From Callorhinchus milii (taxonomy: Eukaryota), in assembly GCF_018977255.1 (NCBI RefSeq), contig NW_024704742.1, positions 70,310,001 through 70,374,000 on the forward strand: 64,000 bases of DNA, read 5' to 3'. Within the stretch, counting starts at the first letter, position 1, and each line of letters starts with the position of its first letter. The position numbers and the translations under genes are program-made. The notes beneath the pieces were generated by a model. The model was not told the DNA's origin. It ran no database searches and saw only the letters and a program-made list of their open reading frames with translations. Of the stretch, positions 39,401-51,024 are shown piece by piece.

Positions 39401-42400
39401 TGTTCATGCCCTCGCACCTCCCTACGTTTCCAACTTGCTTACCCCCATCCCACCACCCGCTGCCTCTGCTCGGCTGGCTCCTGCCTCCTGTTTGTCCCTC
39501 GCCCCCTCTGCTCCACCATCGCTAGTCATACTTTCAGCTACTACACCCCGAAGCTCTGGGATTCTCTTCCCTAATCTCTCCGCCTTGCTCCCTCCCCTCC
39601 ACTTTCAAATCCCGCCTTAAGACCTTCCTTTTTGATCATGCTTCCAGTCACCACCCCCCACTCCTCCCCCTGGTTCTGGGTCAGACTCCGCCATTCTACC
39701 CTCACTCTCTGGAACTCCATCCCGCAGTCCTTCCACCTCATCCCCTCGCTTGCTTCCTTCAACGCAGCAACGTCCTGCAAACAGCCATGGAGTGAGTGAC
39801 CAATTTTATTTGGGAGATTGTTGGTCAGGCACTGGGAGAGAGAAATTCCCTTCTCTTTTTGAATAGTATCAGGGGTCCGTTAATACATCACACCCCCAGC
39901 ACTGCATTGTAGGTCTACTTAGACTCTGTGATTCCAAGTCCTGACGTGAGGCTTGAACCCACAACCTTCTGATTCAGAGGTGAGAGCATTACCACTGAGC
40001 CAGGCTGAATGTGAATTCAGGCTGAATGTGAATTTTGTGCCTTTGCAAACCCTGCAGGTGTTATTTGTCTGAACAAATAACACTGAAATACTTGTGTTTG
40101 CGTCATTCTGAGGTGTTCTGTCTCAGGTCAATGCATGTTCAACTCTTCCTGTAGAATTAATTTGCCAGCAGATTTCCAGAGATGTATATTTAGGTGTCAG
40201 CCTGGCTCAGTCAGTTGTACTCTCAACAACAACTTGCATTTATAGCATGCCCTTCATGCAGGGTAGAGTCTCGGAGCTCTTACGTCTAGGTCAGACTGTT
40301 GTGGGGACTTTGAGCTCACAGTGTACGCTGACATTCCAAAGCAGTATGGGGGAGGTGGGAGGGGTGAGGGAGGTGAGCGCTGCATTGCCAGAGGTGCTAT
40401 TGTTTGGATGAGTAGCTAAATCGAGGCTCCCTGTCTGTGCCGGTGTAGATGGATGTTAAAGACAGGTTGCACGGCATTAACATCTTCAGTAATACATCGC
40501 TCACACCCCAGCTCTGTATCAGAGCATCAACCTAGACTGTGAGTCAAAGCCCACGAGGCAGGGGCTTGGTGTGAAATGATACTTAATGCCTGCGTGCGTG
40601 TGTTGGGGGACAGTTGATTTGAAGCAAAAAAGAACGTGTCAGGTAGAAGCCTGGGCATAGCTGTGCTGAGAGGTTTTCTCATCTCCCCCTCTCTCGTCTG
40701 TCAGCACCACATTCCATCAGCAAGTTAGAGGGCGCTCACTGTCACAAGCCATCACTGTGTTCCCAGCCAGCGCACATTACCTGTTGACTTCACTGCTCTC
40801 CAGCCCTGACTGATTCACTCTGACACCTTCACTCTGAGCTCAACTCAGGGAACAGAGAAAAGGAACAGAGTGTTTGTTATGTACATGTGAGGCTCTCAGC
40901 CTGGCTCAGTCAGCAGCACTCTCACCTTTGAGTCAGAAGGTTGTGGGTTCGAGCCTCCCAAGTCGAGGTTTTGAGCTCGCAGTCCAGGCTGATGCTCCCC
41001 GGGGAGCATAGTCGGAAGCACCATCCTTTGGTGTAGCAGCATAGCCTTGCAATGTTGGACCTGATTTAACTGAGGTATCGAAAATAATGTGAAGGATAGA
41101 CAGAGGACGACACTTTAGTGAAGGGATCCGTTATAAGGGGGTAGAGGGTTGCAAGTTTCCACTGGGAAGCTCTCTGAGACATTATCCTACATGTAAAAAA
41201 AATGCAAGTTGTTCCCGTTGTAAATAGAGTTAGAGTTGAGGTCGGGAAGCGCTTCCTTGTGATGATGTGAAACGCTCTGCCCCACAAAGATGTGGAGACC
41301 GAAACAATAAGGATGTTTAGAGAGATGAACTTGGGTAACAAAGGTATAAAGGTAATGCGAAAGTGTGGGCATTGTGATTAGGAAATCTGCCAAGATTATG
41401 CACTTAATACTCTCCGGAAATAGGTAAGCAGGGGGTGACTCTCTCGGGAGAGAGAGTGTGCAATCCAGGGAAATTTCCATGTGTAGGTGGCACACATGGA
41501 GCTCGCACTCTGGTTTGGAAACTCTCGGGCCCGGCGATGAGCTTCTGCATGTGGCAGACCCGGCTGACCCCTTCCCCCTACACACAAGGTCAGAGGAGTT
41601 TGCAGGGAATGGTGGGAAAGCCATAGAGAAAAACTGAAACGGAGCCAATGTTCTGATGTATCTGCGAGGAGTCTCACAGCTAACAAACTGCAGGCTCTCA
41701 GCAAGCCTGGAAGGAGCTCTGCGCCCTAATTAAAACAACTGAAACACAGTGATTTATTGGGTCTCTCGTCACCAGCAGATGTACAGTTTTACAAGCAAAA
41801 ACCTCACTTAACTTTGACCATGCTGAAATTCTGCTCAACTCCTTCAACTCAGAAATTAATGTTGCACTGAGCTTGAGCGGTGAAATCTGCACCTTCGAGG
41901 CTTGTTAGTGAGCCAGCCATTAATATTAATAACAATATAATAACATTAATAACCTTCACGACTCTCACGTCTGAGGACGTTTCAAAGTGCTTCACAGGAT
42001 TGACTGTGAAGTGTGATAGTGTATTTTGTGGGCAAACAGAAATAGGGGTGGAATATGTGTTCTGTGTTTACCTAAGAAACTCTTAACAAAACAAAACCGG
42101 TTGAAAAATAGTAATTAAGCTATTTTCACCAATTAAGCCNTTTTTTCCTGTCTCAATACCCACTCTAATCAGTATTGCACTGGTGAGCAGCTGTAATCTC
42201 TCAGTTACTCCATGTCAAAATTCGGAGCTCTCTAAAATGTTACATAAATAGAGTAAATTTAGACCCAGGTGGAGTTTCTTCCTGTTCGTTCTGATTTTAA
42301 GGCAATTTTCCATTGTAATGGATCTCTCTACCTTTAAAAACTACAGTCACTACACTTGACTGCTGTAACATGACTTCAAATGCGCTATGAGATGTTTCGA

Positions 42401-43337
42401 TGTGGTAATGCTTTCTTTCAAAAACTGCAACTCCTCCGTTGGCATTTAAAGTGCTTCATAAATAAATAATCCCATCTTGTCATATCAACACACTTCACAG
42501 GTAATCACTGTCGAGTGCACTTGTAGGCCAATGTGTCAGTTAAACCACACGCAGCAATGTCCCACAAACAACCGTGAAATGAAGACCAATATATATCTAT
42601 CTGGCGGATTGTTTGCCAAGACACCGGGAGAAATTCTCGTCTCTTTTGCAATAAGGCCACAGGGTCTTTTAAGTCCAACTGAACAGGCACAGACGGGATC
42701 TCAGTTTAATGTCTCATCCATCTCATAAGGTCTCAAAGAAGGCACCTCTGTCAAGGCAGCACTCAATCTACACGATTGTGTGTCAGTCTAGCTCAGTGGT
42801 AGTTCTCTCGCCTCTAAGTCAGAAGGTTGTGGGTTCAAGCCCCACGTTGGGGGACTTGGATTCACATAGTCTAAACTGACACTCCAACTACAGTGTTGGG
42901 GGGTGTTGAATTGTCGGAGGTGCTGTCCTACAAATGAGACTTTAAAACCAAGGTCCCAACTGCCTGTTCAGGGGGATGTTAAAGATCCCATGACACTATT
43001 TGCAAAGAGAGGGGAGTTTATTATGGTGTTATTATTATCCTGGCCAACAATCCCCCAAATAAAATTGGTCACTCACTCCATGGCTGCTGTGTTTTGCCCA
43101 CAAAATACACAGTCACTGTACTTTGCAACATATCCTGTCGAGCTTTGAGACACCTCAACAATGTGATAAGACTCAATATTAAATGCAAGGATTATTATTG
43201 ATTAATGCTGACATCAGCCTAGGTTATTAGCAACAAATGTGGGTGAACTGACAACATTATGACTGAGGTAAGAGCGCTACCAAAGGAACCAGGCTGGCAG
43301 GGTAACTAACACTCACCGCTGGCTTGATTTGTTTCAG

Positions 43338-43486
43338 AGTGGACAGACTGAGAAGTTTCGGCAGGTGACCTCGATGATGTATGACCTGATGGAGAGAAGA
43401 TCTCAGCTGCTGTCGGGAACCCTGCCACACGATGAGCTCAAAGATCTTAAGCAGGAGGTCACCATGAAGATAGACTTTGGCAACAA
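43338..43486 (+). CDS. DOCK2: DOCK2-like exon 6 ([50 protein letters not shown])
   Basis: Matches ORF 43329-43523; TTTCAG acceptor, AA|GTGTGT donor, 149 nt. Confidence 0.95.
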
Positions 43487-44030
43487 GTGTGTAGTCTCGA
43501 TACATCAGATCAAACAATATTAATTATCTCCAGACCTACCTTTTTAATTGTGCCTTCGGTCATCTTTCTCCTTCCCACCGCAAATCAGCTCTCACCCCCA
43601 GTCCAGGTGTTAAGCCAGGACTGCCAAACCCCTGGGACTGATGCGAAAGGCGCTGTGTAAATGTAAATTAGTATTGTATTCTATTCAGCATTTTTCACAT
43701 CAGGAGACTGTCCTGTAATGCTTCACAGGATTTTACTGTGAGCGGTGATGACTACCCACCCAACCTCTGGAATTCTCTGCTTCTACCCTTCCGCTGCACC
43801 GCCTCTTTATCTCGAGATCTATTTCTTGCGCCTTTGGTCACCTTCTGTTCCCCTCTTCCTCCCTTGCTCAGTGTAGTGCAGTGCTCTAAGTCGCTATCCT
43901 GATGGATGTGGATGGTGATGGTTGTGTATGAAGATGTGATAGCTCCCCCCAGTACTGCCTGATCCTGGGTGCTGCAAGCGTGCCCTGTATTGGTTCTCCC
44001 AGTCTGAGCAGATGTTGCTCTGTGTTGTAG

Positions 44031-44166
44031 GATGCTGGAGCTTTGCCTTGTGGTGAGAGATGAGAACGGAAACATTCTGGACCCGGACAAGACCAGCGTC
44101 ATCAGCCTATTTGAAGCTCACAGAAAAGCCACACACGACATCACTGAACTCATACGGGAAGAGACG
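44031..44166 (+). CDS. DOCK2: DOCK2-like exon 7 ([45 protein letters not shown])
   Basis: TGTAG acceptor, GTGAGA donor, 136 nt; VRDExGNILDP motif. Confidence 0.95.
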
Positions 44167-44183
44167 GTGAGAGGGTTTTATTG

Positions 44184-44391
44184 TCAGCCGGGTGTCTGAC
44201 ACACATGGAAACCCATCACTGTGATCAGCCGGGTGTCTGACACACATGGAAACCCATCACTGTGATCAGCCGGGTGTCTGACACACCCAGAAACCCATCA
44301 CTGTGATCAGCCGGGTGTCTGACACACCCAGAAACCCATCACTGTGATCAGCCGGGTGTCTGACACACCCAGAAACCCATCACTGTGATCA
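44184..44391. repeat. 41-bp minisatellite, 5 copies
   Basis: TCAGCCGGGTGTCTGACACAC(ATGG/CCAG)AAACCCATCACTGTGA starting at 44184, 44225, 44266, 44307, 44348. Confidence 0.97.
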
Positions 44392-45044
44392 AGTTAGATG
44401 TCTCCCTATTAGGTTTTAGGCTTGCTGGGCAACAGGAGCTGAGTGGGATGAATCCCTGCACCCAGTGACTGGTCTGCCCCTCCATCTCCTACCAGATGGT
44501 AAGAGCCGTGTCCAGGGCAAAATCCCTGATAACTGATCCACCAGGTGCCCCTTTAAGAGATCTTAAGGATAGACTGGATAGGTTGGGCCTGTTTTTGCAA
44601 GAGAAGAGCTATTTAAAGGGGAACCTAATAGAAGTTATAAAAGGTTTCAATAATGTTAATGTAAATAGGCTGTTTCCACTGGTTGGGGAGTCTGTAACCA
44701 TGGGATACAAATGTAAGTTAGCGACTAGCGCTATCTAATAGAGAATTTAGGAAGAGCTTTGTCACACAGAGGCTAGTGAGATTGTGGAACTTGCTGACTG
44801 AAGCGGTAGTTGAATTAGAGAGTGTGGATACATTCATGAGGAAGCTAGAATTTCACATGAAGGAGAGGAGAACAGGAGGGAATGGGTGGGAGTAGGAATG
44901 GGTGAAGACGCGTGTGGAGTGTAAACACCGGCATGGACTGGTTAGGCCCAGTGGTTCTCCTGTTTTCGTACTGTACAGTCTTTGTTGCCAATTAAGAAGC
45001 CATTCCTGCTCCATTCAATGGAGCTCACTTGCGGGTCTCTTCAG

Positions 45045-45199
45045 TTTCAGAATCAGAGTGAATACAGTAGGCTTTCCCGCCTGGCCTCCGCTCCCACCCA
45101 CAGCCTCTTCATCTGGGTCCGTAACTTTGTGTGTAAGATCGGCGAGGAGGCCGAGCTCTTCATGGCCCTGTACGACCAACATGAGCAGAAGATCATCAG
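45045..45199 (+). CDS. DOCK2: DOCK2-like exon 8 (FQNQSEYSRLSRLASAPTHSLFIWVRNFVCKIGEEAELFMALYDQHEQKIIS)
   Basis: Matches ORF 44982-45203; 155 nt from the first CAG acceptor; GTGAGG donor. PTHSL..VRNFVC is DOCK2-type. Confidence 0.92.
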
Positions 45200-45324
45200 G
45201 TGAGGCACCACAAGCACCAACCTGGCCACTGTCTCTGGGGTCCCACTGCCCGGGAACCAGGGTTCTGACTGGCTACGCTGACCACATTTACAGTGGGGAG
45301 ATACTCTGGAGCTTCGTTAGAAGC

Positions 45325-45555
45325 GATCCCCTGTCCTTTAACATCTGTCTGGTTCCCCTTTAAGAGATCTACCGGGGGCCCAAGGAAGAGATCCACCAGA
45401 TGCTTCTTTAAGAGATCCTCTGGATGCCCCTTTAAGAGATTCACCAGGTTAATATTTAAGAGATCAACCCTGTGCCCCTTTAACAGATCTATCTGTTTTT
45501 TAACAGATCACCAGATGCCTATTTAGGAGATTCGCCTGGTTGTCCCTTTAAGCGG
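45325..45555. repeat. Degenerate ~23-bp minisatellite with TTTAAGAGATC core
   Basis: About 9 imperfect (CCC)TTTAA(G/C)AGAT(C/T) units; a single related unit at ~44536-44563. Confidence 0.8.
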
Positions 45556-45952
45556 CCTGACCTGACTACACCTTCAAGTGTTTGGGATTTATAAAGCCCC
45601 CCCCCCCACTTGTAACAAGGCATGGTCATGTAGAGTAATAGCCCTGGTAGCAGCCTTGTGAACCTAGACTGTACTCTTTCCATCGCGGCTCTAGTGTCCT
45701 TTGACCGTGCGTTCAGTCATCTTTCCACAGTTGCTTATACTGAGCACGAGTGTGGGGACTGGACACACTGTCTGCGGCGACTAACCTCCCCCACTGGAAG
45801 AGGTTTTCATTGATCACGTGGTGGGGGGAGATGATGAGTTTATAGACACCCCCCCCACCCCCCACAAAAATAAACACACTGATTGGGGTGGGGGAAATCA
45901 GCCTGTTGTTATGTTGTGACTGAATGTAATTCTCTATTTTTCGTAATCTCAG

Positions 45953-46034
45953 TGAGAACTACCTATTTCGTTGGGCGAGTACAGGACTGCCCAAGGAGAT
46001 TGATATGTTGCACAACCTCAAGGTAGTCTTCACA
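45953..46034 (+). CDS. DOCK2: DOCK2-like exon 9 ([27 protein letters not shown])
   Basis: CTCAG acceptor, GTAAGT donor, 82 nt. Confidence 0.95.
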
Positions 46035-46479
46035 GTAAGTACTCCCCAATGATGACAACAACTTATCACTATCAACCTCCTGCTCGAACCTCAAAGTTTA
46101 GACGTACTAAGAGGCCCGTCCCAAGACTCTGCTTCAACTGCGCCTTTGGTCACCCTCCTACCCCAACCCTCCCTGCCATCCACCCTTGCTGATCCCAACC
46201 CCTAGCTCGGGTCCAATTCCCGGACTAACCATTGCCTTCCCGATGTGAAAGGCGCTATACAAATGTAATTTGTTGTTGTTGAAAAGTAACACCTATTCAT
46301 ATGTAAAGTGGCAGTGTTATTGGTATGCTGATCATCACTGAAAAACACTTAGAAACTACCTCTGTGGAGTGATTTATAATAATAATAAATGAGAATCCTT
46401 GCGTTTGGTATAGCGCCTTATCAAGTCGGAAGGACATCTCAAAGCACTTCACGGGATTTACTGAGAAAAGGAGCGACTA

Positions 46480-46852
46480 CAATAATAATAATAATCCTTG
46501 TATATGATATAGCGTCTTATCACATCTTTGAGACATTTCAAAGCACTTCACAGAACATATTGTGAAGTGTACTGACTGTGTATTTTGTGGGCGAAACGCA
46601 GCAGCCAATTGCGCACAACAGTGTCCCACAAACAGTCGTGGATTGAGTGACCGAATTATTATTATTATTTTGAAGGGATTATTACCCCCGGAAAGGCTAT
46701 CCGCCAATCGACTAACAAACGGGTTCCTACTTACTGCTAGGTAAACAGAGGTGTGTGGAGGAAGGAAACTTGCCTAAAGTTTCACCCTGCTCGGGAATCG
46801 AACCCGGGTCCTCTCGTTTGCTAGGCGAGTGCTCTAACCACTATGCTACAGG
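46480..46852 (-). mobile_element. tRNA-SINE (longer subfamily with CTGTTTACCTAGCAGTAAGTAGGAACC segment)
   Basis: Head, core and tail recognisable. Further copies at ~3200-3546(-), 5231-5640(+), 10345-10712(+), 11150-11415(-), 17933-18295(-), 25338-25700(+), 56462-56795(+). Confidence 0.85.
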
Positions 46853-47237
46853 ATAACACATGGAGTTGGGGGAGGGTGAAATGTGGAAGGGCAATTGCAC
46901 ACAGCAAAGTCCTACAAACAGCCATGAAACAAATTATCAATTTTATTTGGGGGATTGTTAGCCAGAACACCAGGAGAAACTCCCTTCGCTTTTTGAATAG
47001 TGCCACAGCATCTTTAACGTCCACCTGAACAGGCAGACAGGGCCTCAGATTAGCATCTCATTCAAAGAATGGCATCTCCAACAATGCATTACAAAATACA
47101 CACAGTCACTACATTGTACAATAAATCCTGTGAAAGATGAGACATTTGAGATATTTTGATGATGTGATAAGGAGCTGTATCAAAACCAATGATTATAATT
47201 ATTATTAATAATAATAATATTCAACTCAATATTTTAG

Positions 47238-47373
47238 GATTTAGGAAACAAGGACTTGAACCGGGAGAAGATATGTTTGGTGTGTCAGATTGTCCGTGTC
47301 GGACGGATGGACCTGAAAGAAGCCAACGTGAAGAAGTTGACTCAGGGACTGAGAAGACCTTTGGGGGTATCAG
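47238..47373 (+). CDS. DOCK2: DOCK2-like exon 10 ([45 protein letters not shown])
   Basis: TTTTAG acceptor, GTGGGC donor, 136 nt; overlaps ORF 47256-47585. Confidence 0.95.
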
Positions 47374-48004
47374 GTGGGCCACGAGCAACACATTCATCTC
47401 ACCCTCAAAATGTCCCCTGTATCCCCTCCGCAACAAACCCTATGTTAGCTGAGCAGAGGCTTTTTTGGGGGCCAGTCAGGTGTCAACAGAGGGCTGGAAT
47501 TGGAGAGATAGGGAGGGTGAGGAGCTTGAAATCGATCTGCTGGGAGCCAGGGTGCCAGTGGAGCCTGGTGTGGAGTTTGGTATAGAATTTGAGTGGGAGT
47601 TGGTGAGAGGGTGGGGGTCAGGCAAGGAACACGCCTGGGTCGGAGGAGTGTAAGAGGCTACGAATGGGAATAATTTTGTGGACGCTAGGCAGTAGAGAAA
47701 CACAGTTTGGCAGCATCTAAATTAGTTCAGCACAATTTGGCTTTCCTGTGCAGCCAGTTTATTGACTCCAGTTCCTGGGGCTGGGCATGATGAGTGATTT
47801 AATCACCAAATTTCAGTTGAGATACTACACTAAGCATTTGCAAGTCTTTAATCTTTAAGCAAATTAAGGTGTTGGCAGCTTATTTACTTATTTATGGAGA
47901 GACGGTGTATCGGCCAATCAGTCCAGCCGTCACAGACAATAACATAGAGCTTTATAGCACAGAGACTAACCATCCAGTCCATGTAGTCTGTGCTGGTGTT
48001 AATA

Positions 48005-48430
48005 CTCCACCTCTCTATCCCCCTCTCCTACACCGCTCCCTATTCCCTTCTCCTACATCTCTCTCTTCCCCCTCTCCTACACCCCTATATTCTCCCTCTC
48101 CTACACCCCTCTATTCCCCTCTCCTACACCCCTATATTCTCCCTCTCCTACACCCCTCTATTCTCCTCTCCTACACCCCTCTATTCCCCTTTCCTACACC
48201 CCTCTTTTCCCCTCTCCTACATCCCTCTATTCCCCTCTCCTACATCCCTCTATTCCCCTCTCCTACACCCCTCTATTCCCCTCTCCTATACCACTCTATT
48301 CCCTTCTTTTACATCTCTCTATTCCCCCTCTCCTACATCCCTTTATTCCTCATCTCCTACATCCCTTTATTACCCTCTCCTACACTCCTCTATTCCCCTC
48401 TCCTACACCACTCTATTCCTTTCTCCCTCA
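48005..48430. repeat. ~23-bp pyrimidine-rich minisatellite (CTCCTACACCCCTCTATTCCCCT)n
   Basis: Directly visible tandem units; yields repetitive pseudo-ORFs. Confidence 0.93.
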
Positions 48431-48854
48431 CGTTCTTCCTCAGTATCCTCTTAAATAAGCTGATGCTTTCTGCTTGAACTGCAGCTCCCAGCAGTGAGTT
48501 CCACGTTCACACCACCCTCTGTGTGCTCCTCTTAAATTCCCTGTTAGATAGCTACTGGCTATCTTATATTTATGCCCACTCAACAACAACAACTTGCATT
48601 TATATAATGCCCTTCACACAGGCAGCATCCCGGAGTGCTTCACTGGTGAAGTACTTTGAGATGTTCTCCTAAGTTGCAAGGTGCTACATCAAATTTAAGG
48701 ATTATTATGTCAGGATTCTCCATTATAGCAAAGGGAAATTTCCCAATGTAGCAGAGGGCATTCCCCCACAGCAGTGAAAGGGTGATTTAACCCTATTACA
48801 TTAGACAGTATAGAGGAATGGCCCATTACAGTGCAAAGGAATCACCATTACAGT

Positions 48855-49180
48855 GGAGTCCTGTAGCTCAGTGGTTAGAGCACTCGCTTTGCAAGTGAGA
48901 GACCTGAGTTCAATTCCAGGCACAGGGCGAAACCTTGGGCAAGTTTCCTTACTCCACACAGAGCCTAATAATAATCCCTCCAAAACCAAAAACAATAATA
49001 AATTGGTCATTTTCAATCTACGACTGTTTGTGGGACATTGCTGTGCGCAATTGGCTGCCGCGTTCGCCCACAAATATACAGTCAATTCACTTCACAGTGT
49101 GTTCTGTGAGGCGCTTTGGGACGTCCTCCTGACGTGAAAAGCGCGATATCAAATGCAAGGATTATTATTATTATTATTAT
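48855..49180 (+). mobile_element. Full-length young tRNA-derived SINE with Deu-like core and L2-like tail
   Basis: Head GGAGTCCTGTAGCTCAGTGGTTAGAGC (A box)..GTTCAATTCC (B box); core TTGTGGGACATTGCTGTGCGCAATTGGCTGCCGCG; (ATT)n tail; 8-bp TSD ATTACAGT at 48847-48854 and 49181-49188. Confidence 0.92.
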
Positions 49181-49251
49181 ATTACAGTACGGGGATTCTC
49201 CTATTACAAAGTAAAGAATTCCCCCATTTCAATGTTAGGATTCCTCCACAA

Positions 49252-49616
49252 TAAATAATATAATAATAATAATCCTTGCATTTGATTTAGCGCCTTATCA
49301 CATCTTTGAGACGTTTCAGAGCGCTTCACAGAATATACTGAAAAGTGAATTGACTGTAGATTTTGTGGGCGAAACGCGGCAGCCAATTGTCCCATAAACA
49401 GTCGTGGATTGAGTGACCAAATTATTATTTTTTTTGAAGCGGTTATCCCTGGAAAAGTGATCCGACAATTGACTAACAACCTGGTTCCTACTTACTGCTA
49501 GGTAAACAGAGGAGTGTGGATTAAGGAAACTTGCCCAACATTTCGCCTTGCCGGGAATCAAACCTAGGTCTCTCGCTTGCGAGGCGAGTGCTCTAACCAC
49601 TGAGCTACAGGACTCC
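49252..49616 (-). mobile_element. Full-length young tRNA-SINE
   Basis: Reverse complement of the family consensus; ends CTACAGGACTCC. Confidence 0.9.
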
Positions 49617-50729
49617 AATTACAATGTAATGTATTCCCCCTCTACAACGTAAAGGATTTCCCAACAGTTAAAGAGACATCCTCATTGCCAGACGTTCATT
49701 GATTCTTGAACATTTCTATTCTCCTTTCATCTTAAAGTATTGATCTGGGTTTACTTTTTCAATCCAATTTAAGGTTTTATACATCTCTATGAGGTTTCAC
49801 CCTTATCAAGCTTGATCTTTCAATTTTCACAAACTAACAGCTCATCCAAACTTGCCTTTCATTTCCAAAGTTGCAAACCAACTTCATTAAACTCCCTACT
49901 CCAGCCCCTTCAGTCTCATTTCCACAGGAGTGAGATGGCGCTCGACAAAGTCACAACTGGCATCCTCTCTCTGTGTGACCAGGGCTCCATCTGTCTCCTT
50001 GTCCCCCTTTTTGTTTTAATCAGAGTGTCTGAAACATGTGAAAACCCATCACCATGCTTAAGAATATCCAAACCAAAACTGGTGAAATGGGCAGACACAT
50101 GGCAGATGGAATTTAATGCAAGTGAATTTAAAGTGTGAATGAGGAGAGGCAACATAAGATAAATTATACAACTTTAAAGGGGGTGCAGGAACCTGGGGCT
50201 TCACATACACAAATCTTTAAAGGTGGCAGGACAAGTTGGCAAAGCTATTAAAAAAACATATCGGATCTTTGGCTTTATACATAGAGGTACAACGTATACA
50301 AGCAAGGAAGTTAGGTTGAACCTTTACAAATCGTTGTTTAGGCCTCAGCTGGAGTATTGTGTCCAAGTCTGGGCACCACACTTTAGGAAGGATGTCAGAG
50401 CCTTGGAGAGATAGGTTGTTGGAATGGGATGCGTATTCTCTCCCTGGAGGGACACATCTTGCTTACCTAATACTTACTGCTTTCCTTCACCTCTCCACAT
50501 TGCCTCTGACCATACCTCACACCCAACACAGCCAAAACCCTTATACAATAGAAAATTACATTTGTATAGTGTCAGGAGAACATCCCAAGGTGCTTATTTA
50601 CTCATTCTTCACCTCCCACCTCAATTATTCGAATGCCATCCTCGTTTGTCTCCCCAGCTCCAGCACTCATAAAATCCATTTGATTCAAACCTCCACCACC
50701 CATATCCTCCACTGTAACTAGCTCCACAT

Positions 50730-51024
50730 AATAACAATAATAATCTTTGCATTTGATGTAGCACTTTTCGCATCTTCTAGACGTCTCAGAGCGCTTCACA
50801 GAATAGACTGTAAAGTGAATTGACTGTATATTTGTGGGCGAAATGCGGCAGCCAATTGCGCACAGCAGTATCCCACAAACAGTCATGGATTGAAATGACC
50901 AATTTATTATTGTTTTTTTGAGGGATTATTATCAGGATTGCCCAAGGTTTCACCCTGCCGGGAATAGAACCCAGGTCTCTCACTTGTGAGGCGAGTGCTC
51001 TAACCACTGAGCTACAGGACTCCC
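50730..51024 (-). mobile_element. Young tRNA-SINE inserted in an L2 fragment
   Basis: Family head and tail; L2-like sequence on both flanks. Confidence 0.85.

Noticed and set aside
42140..42140. Single N base
   Set aside because: Assembly ambiguity with no biological meaning.
44184..44391. CRISPR-like array of palindromic repeats
   Set aside because: Units are contiguous with no unique spacers, no cas genes are present, and the context is a vertebrate intron.
47869..48477. 202-aa Pro/Ser/Leu-rich ORF
   Set aside because: Product of the 23-bp minisatellite.
48855..48930. tRNA-Ala gene(s)
   Set aside because: A/B boxes are SINE heads continuing into SINE body and tail with TSDs; no proper acceptor stem.
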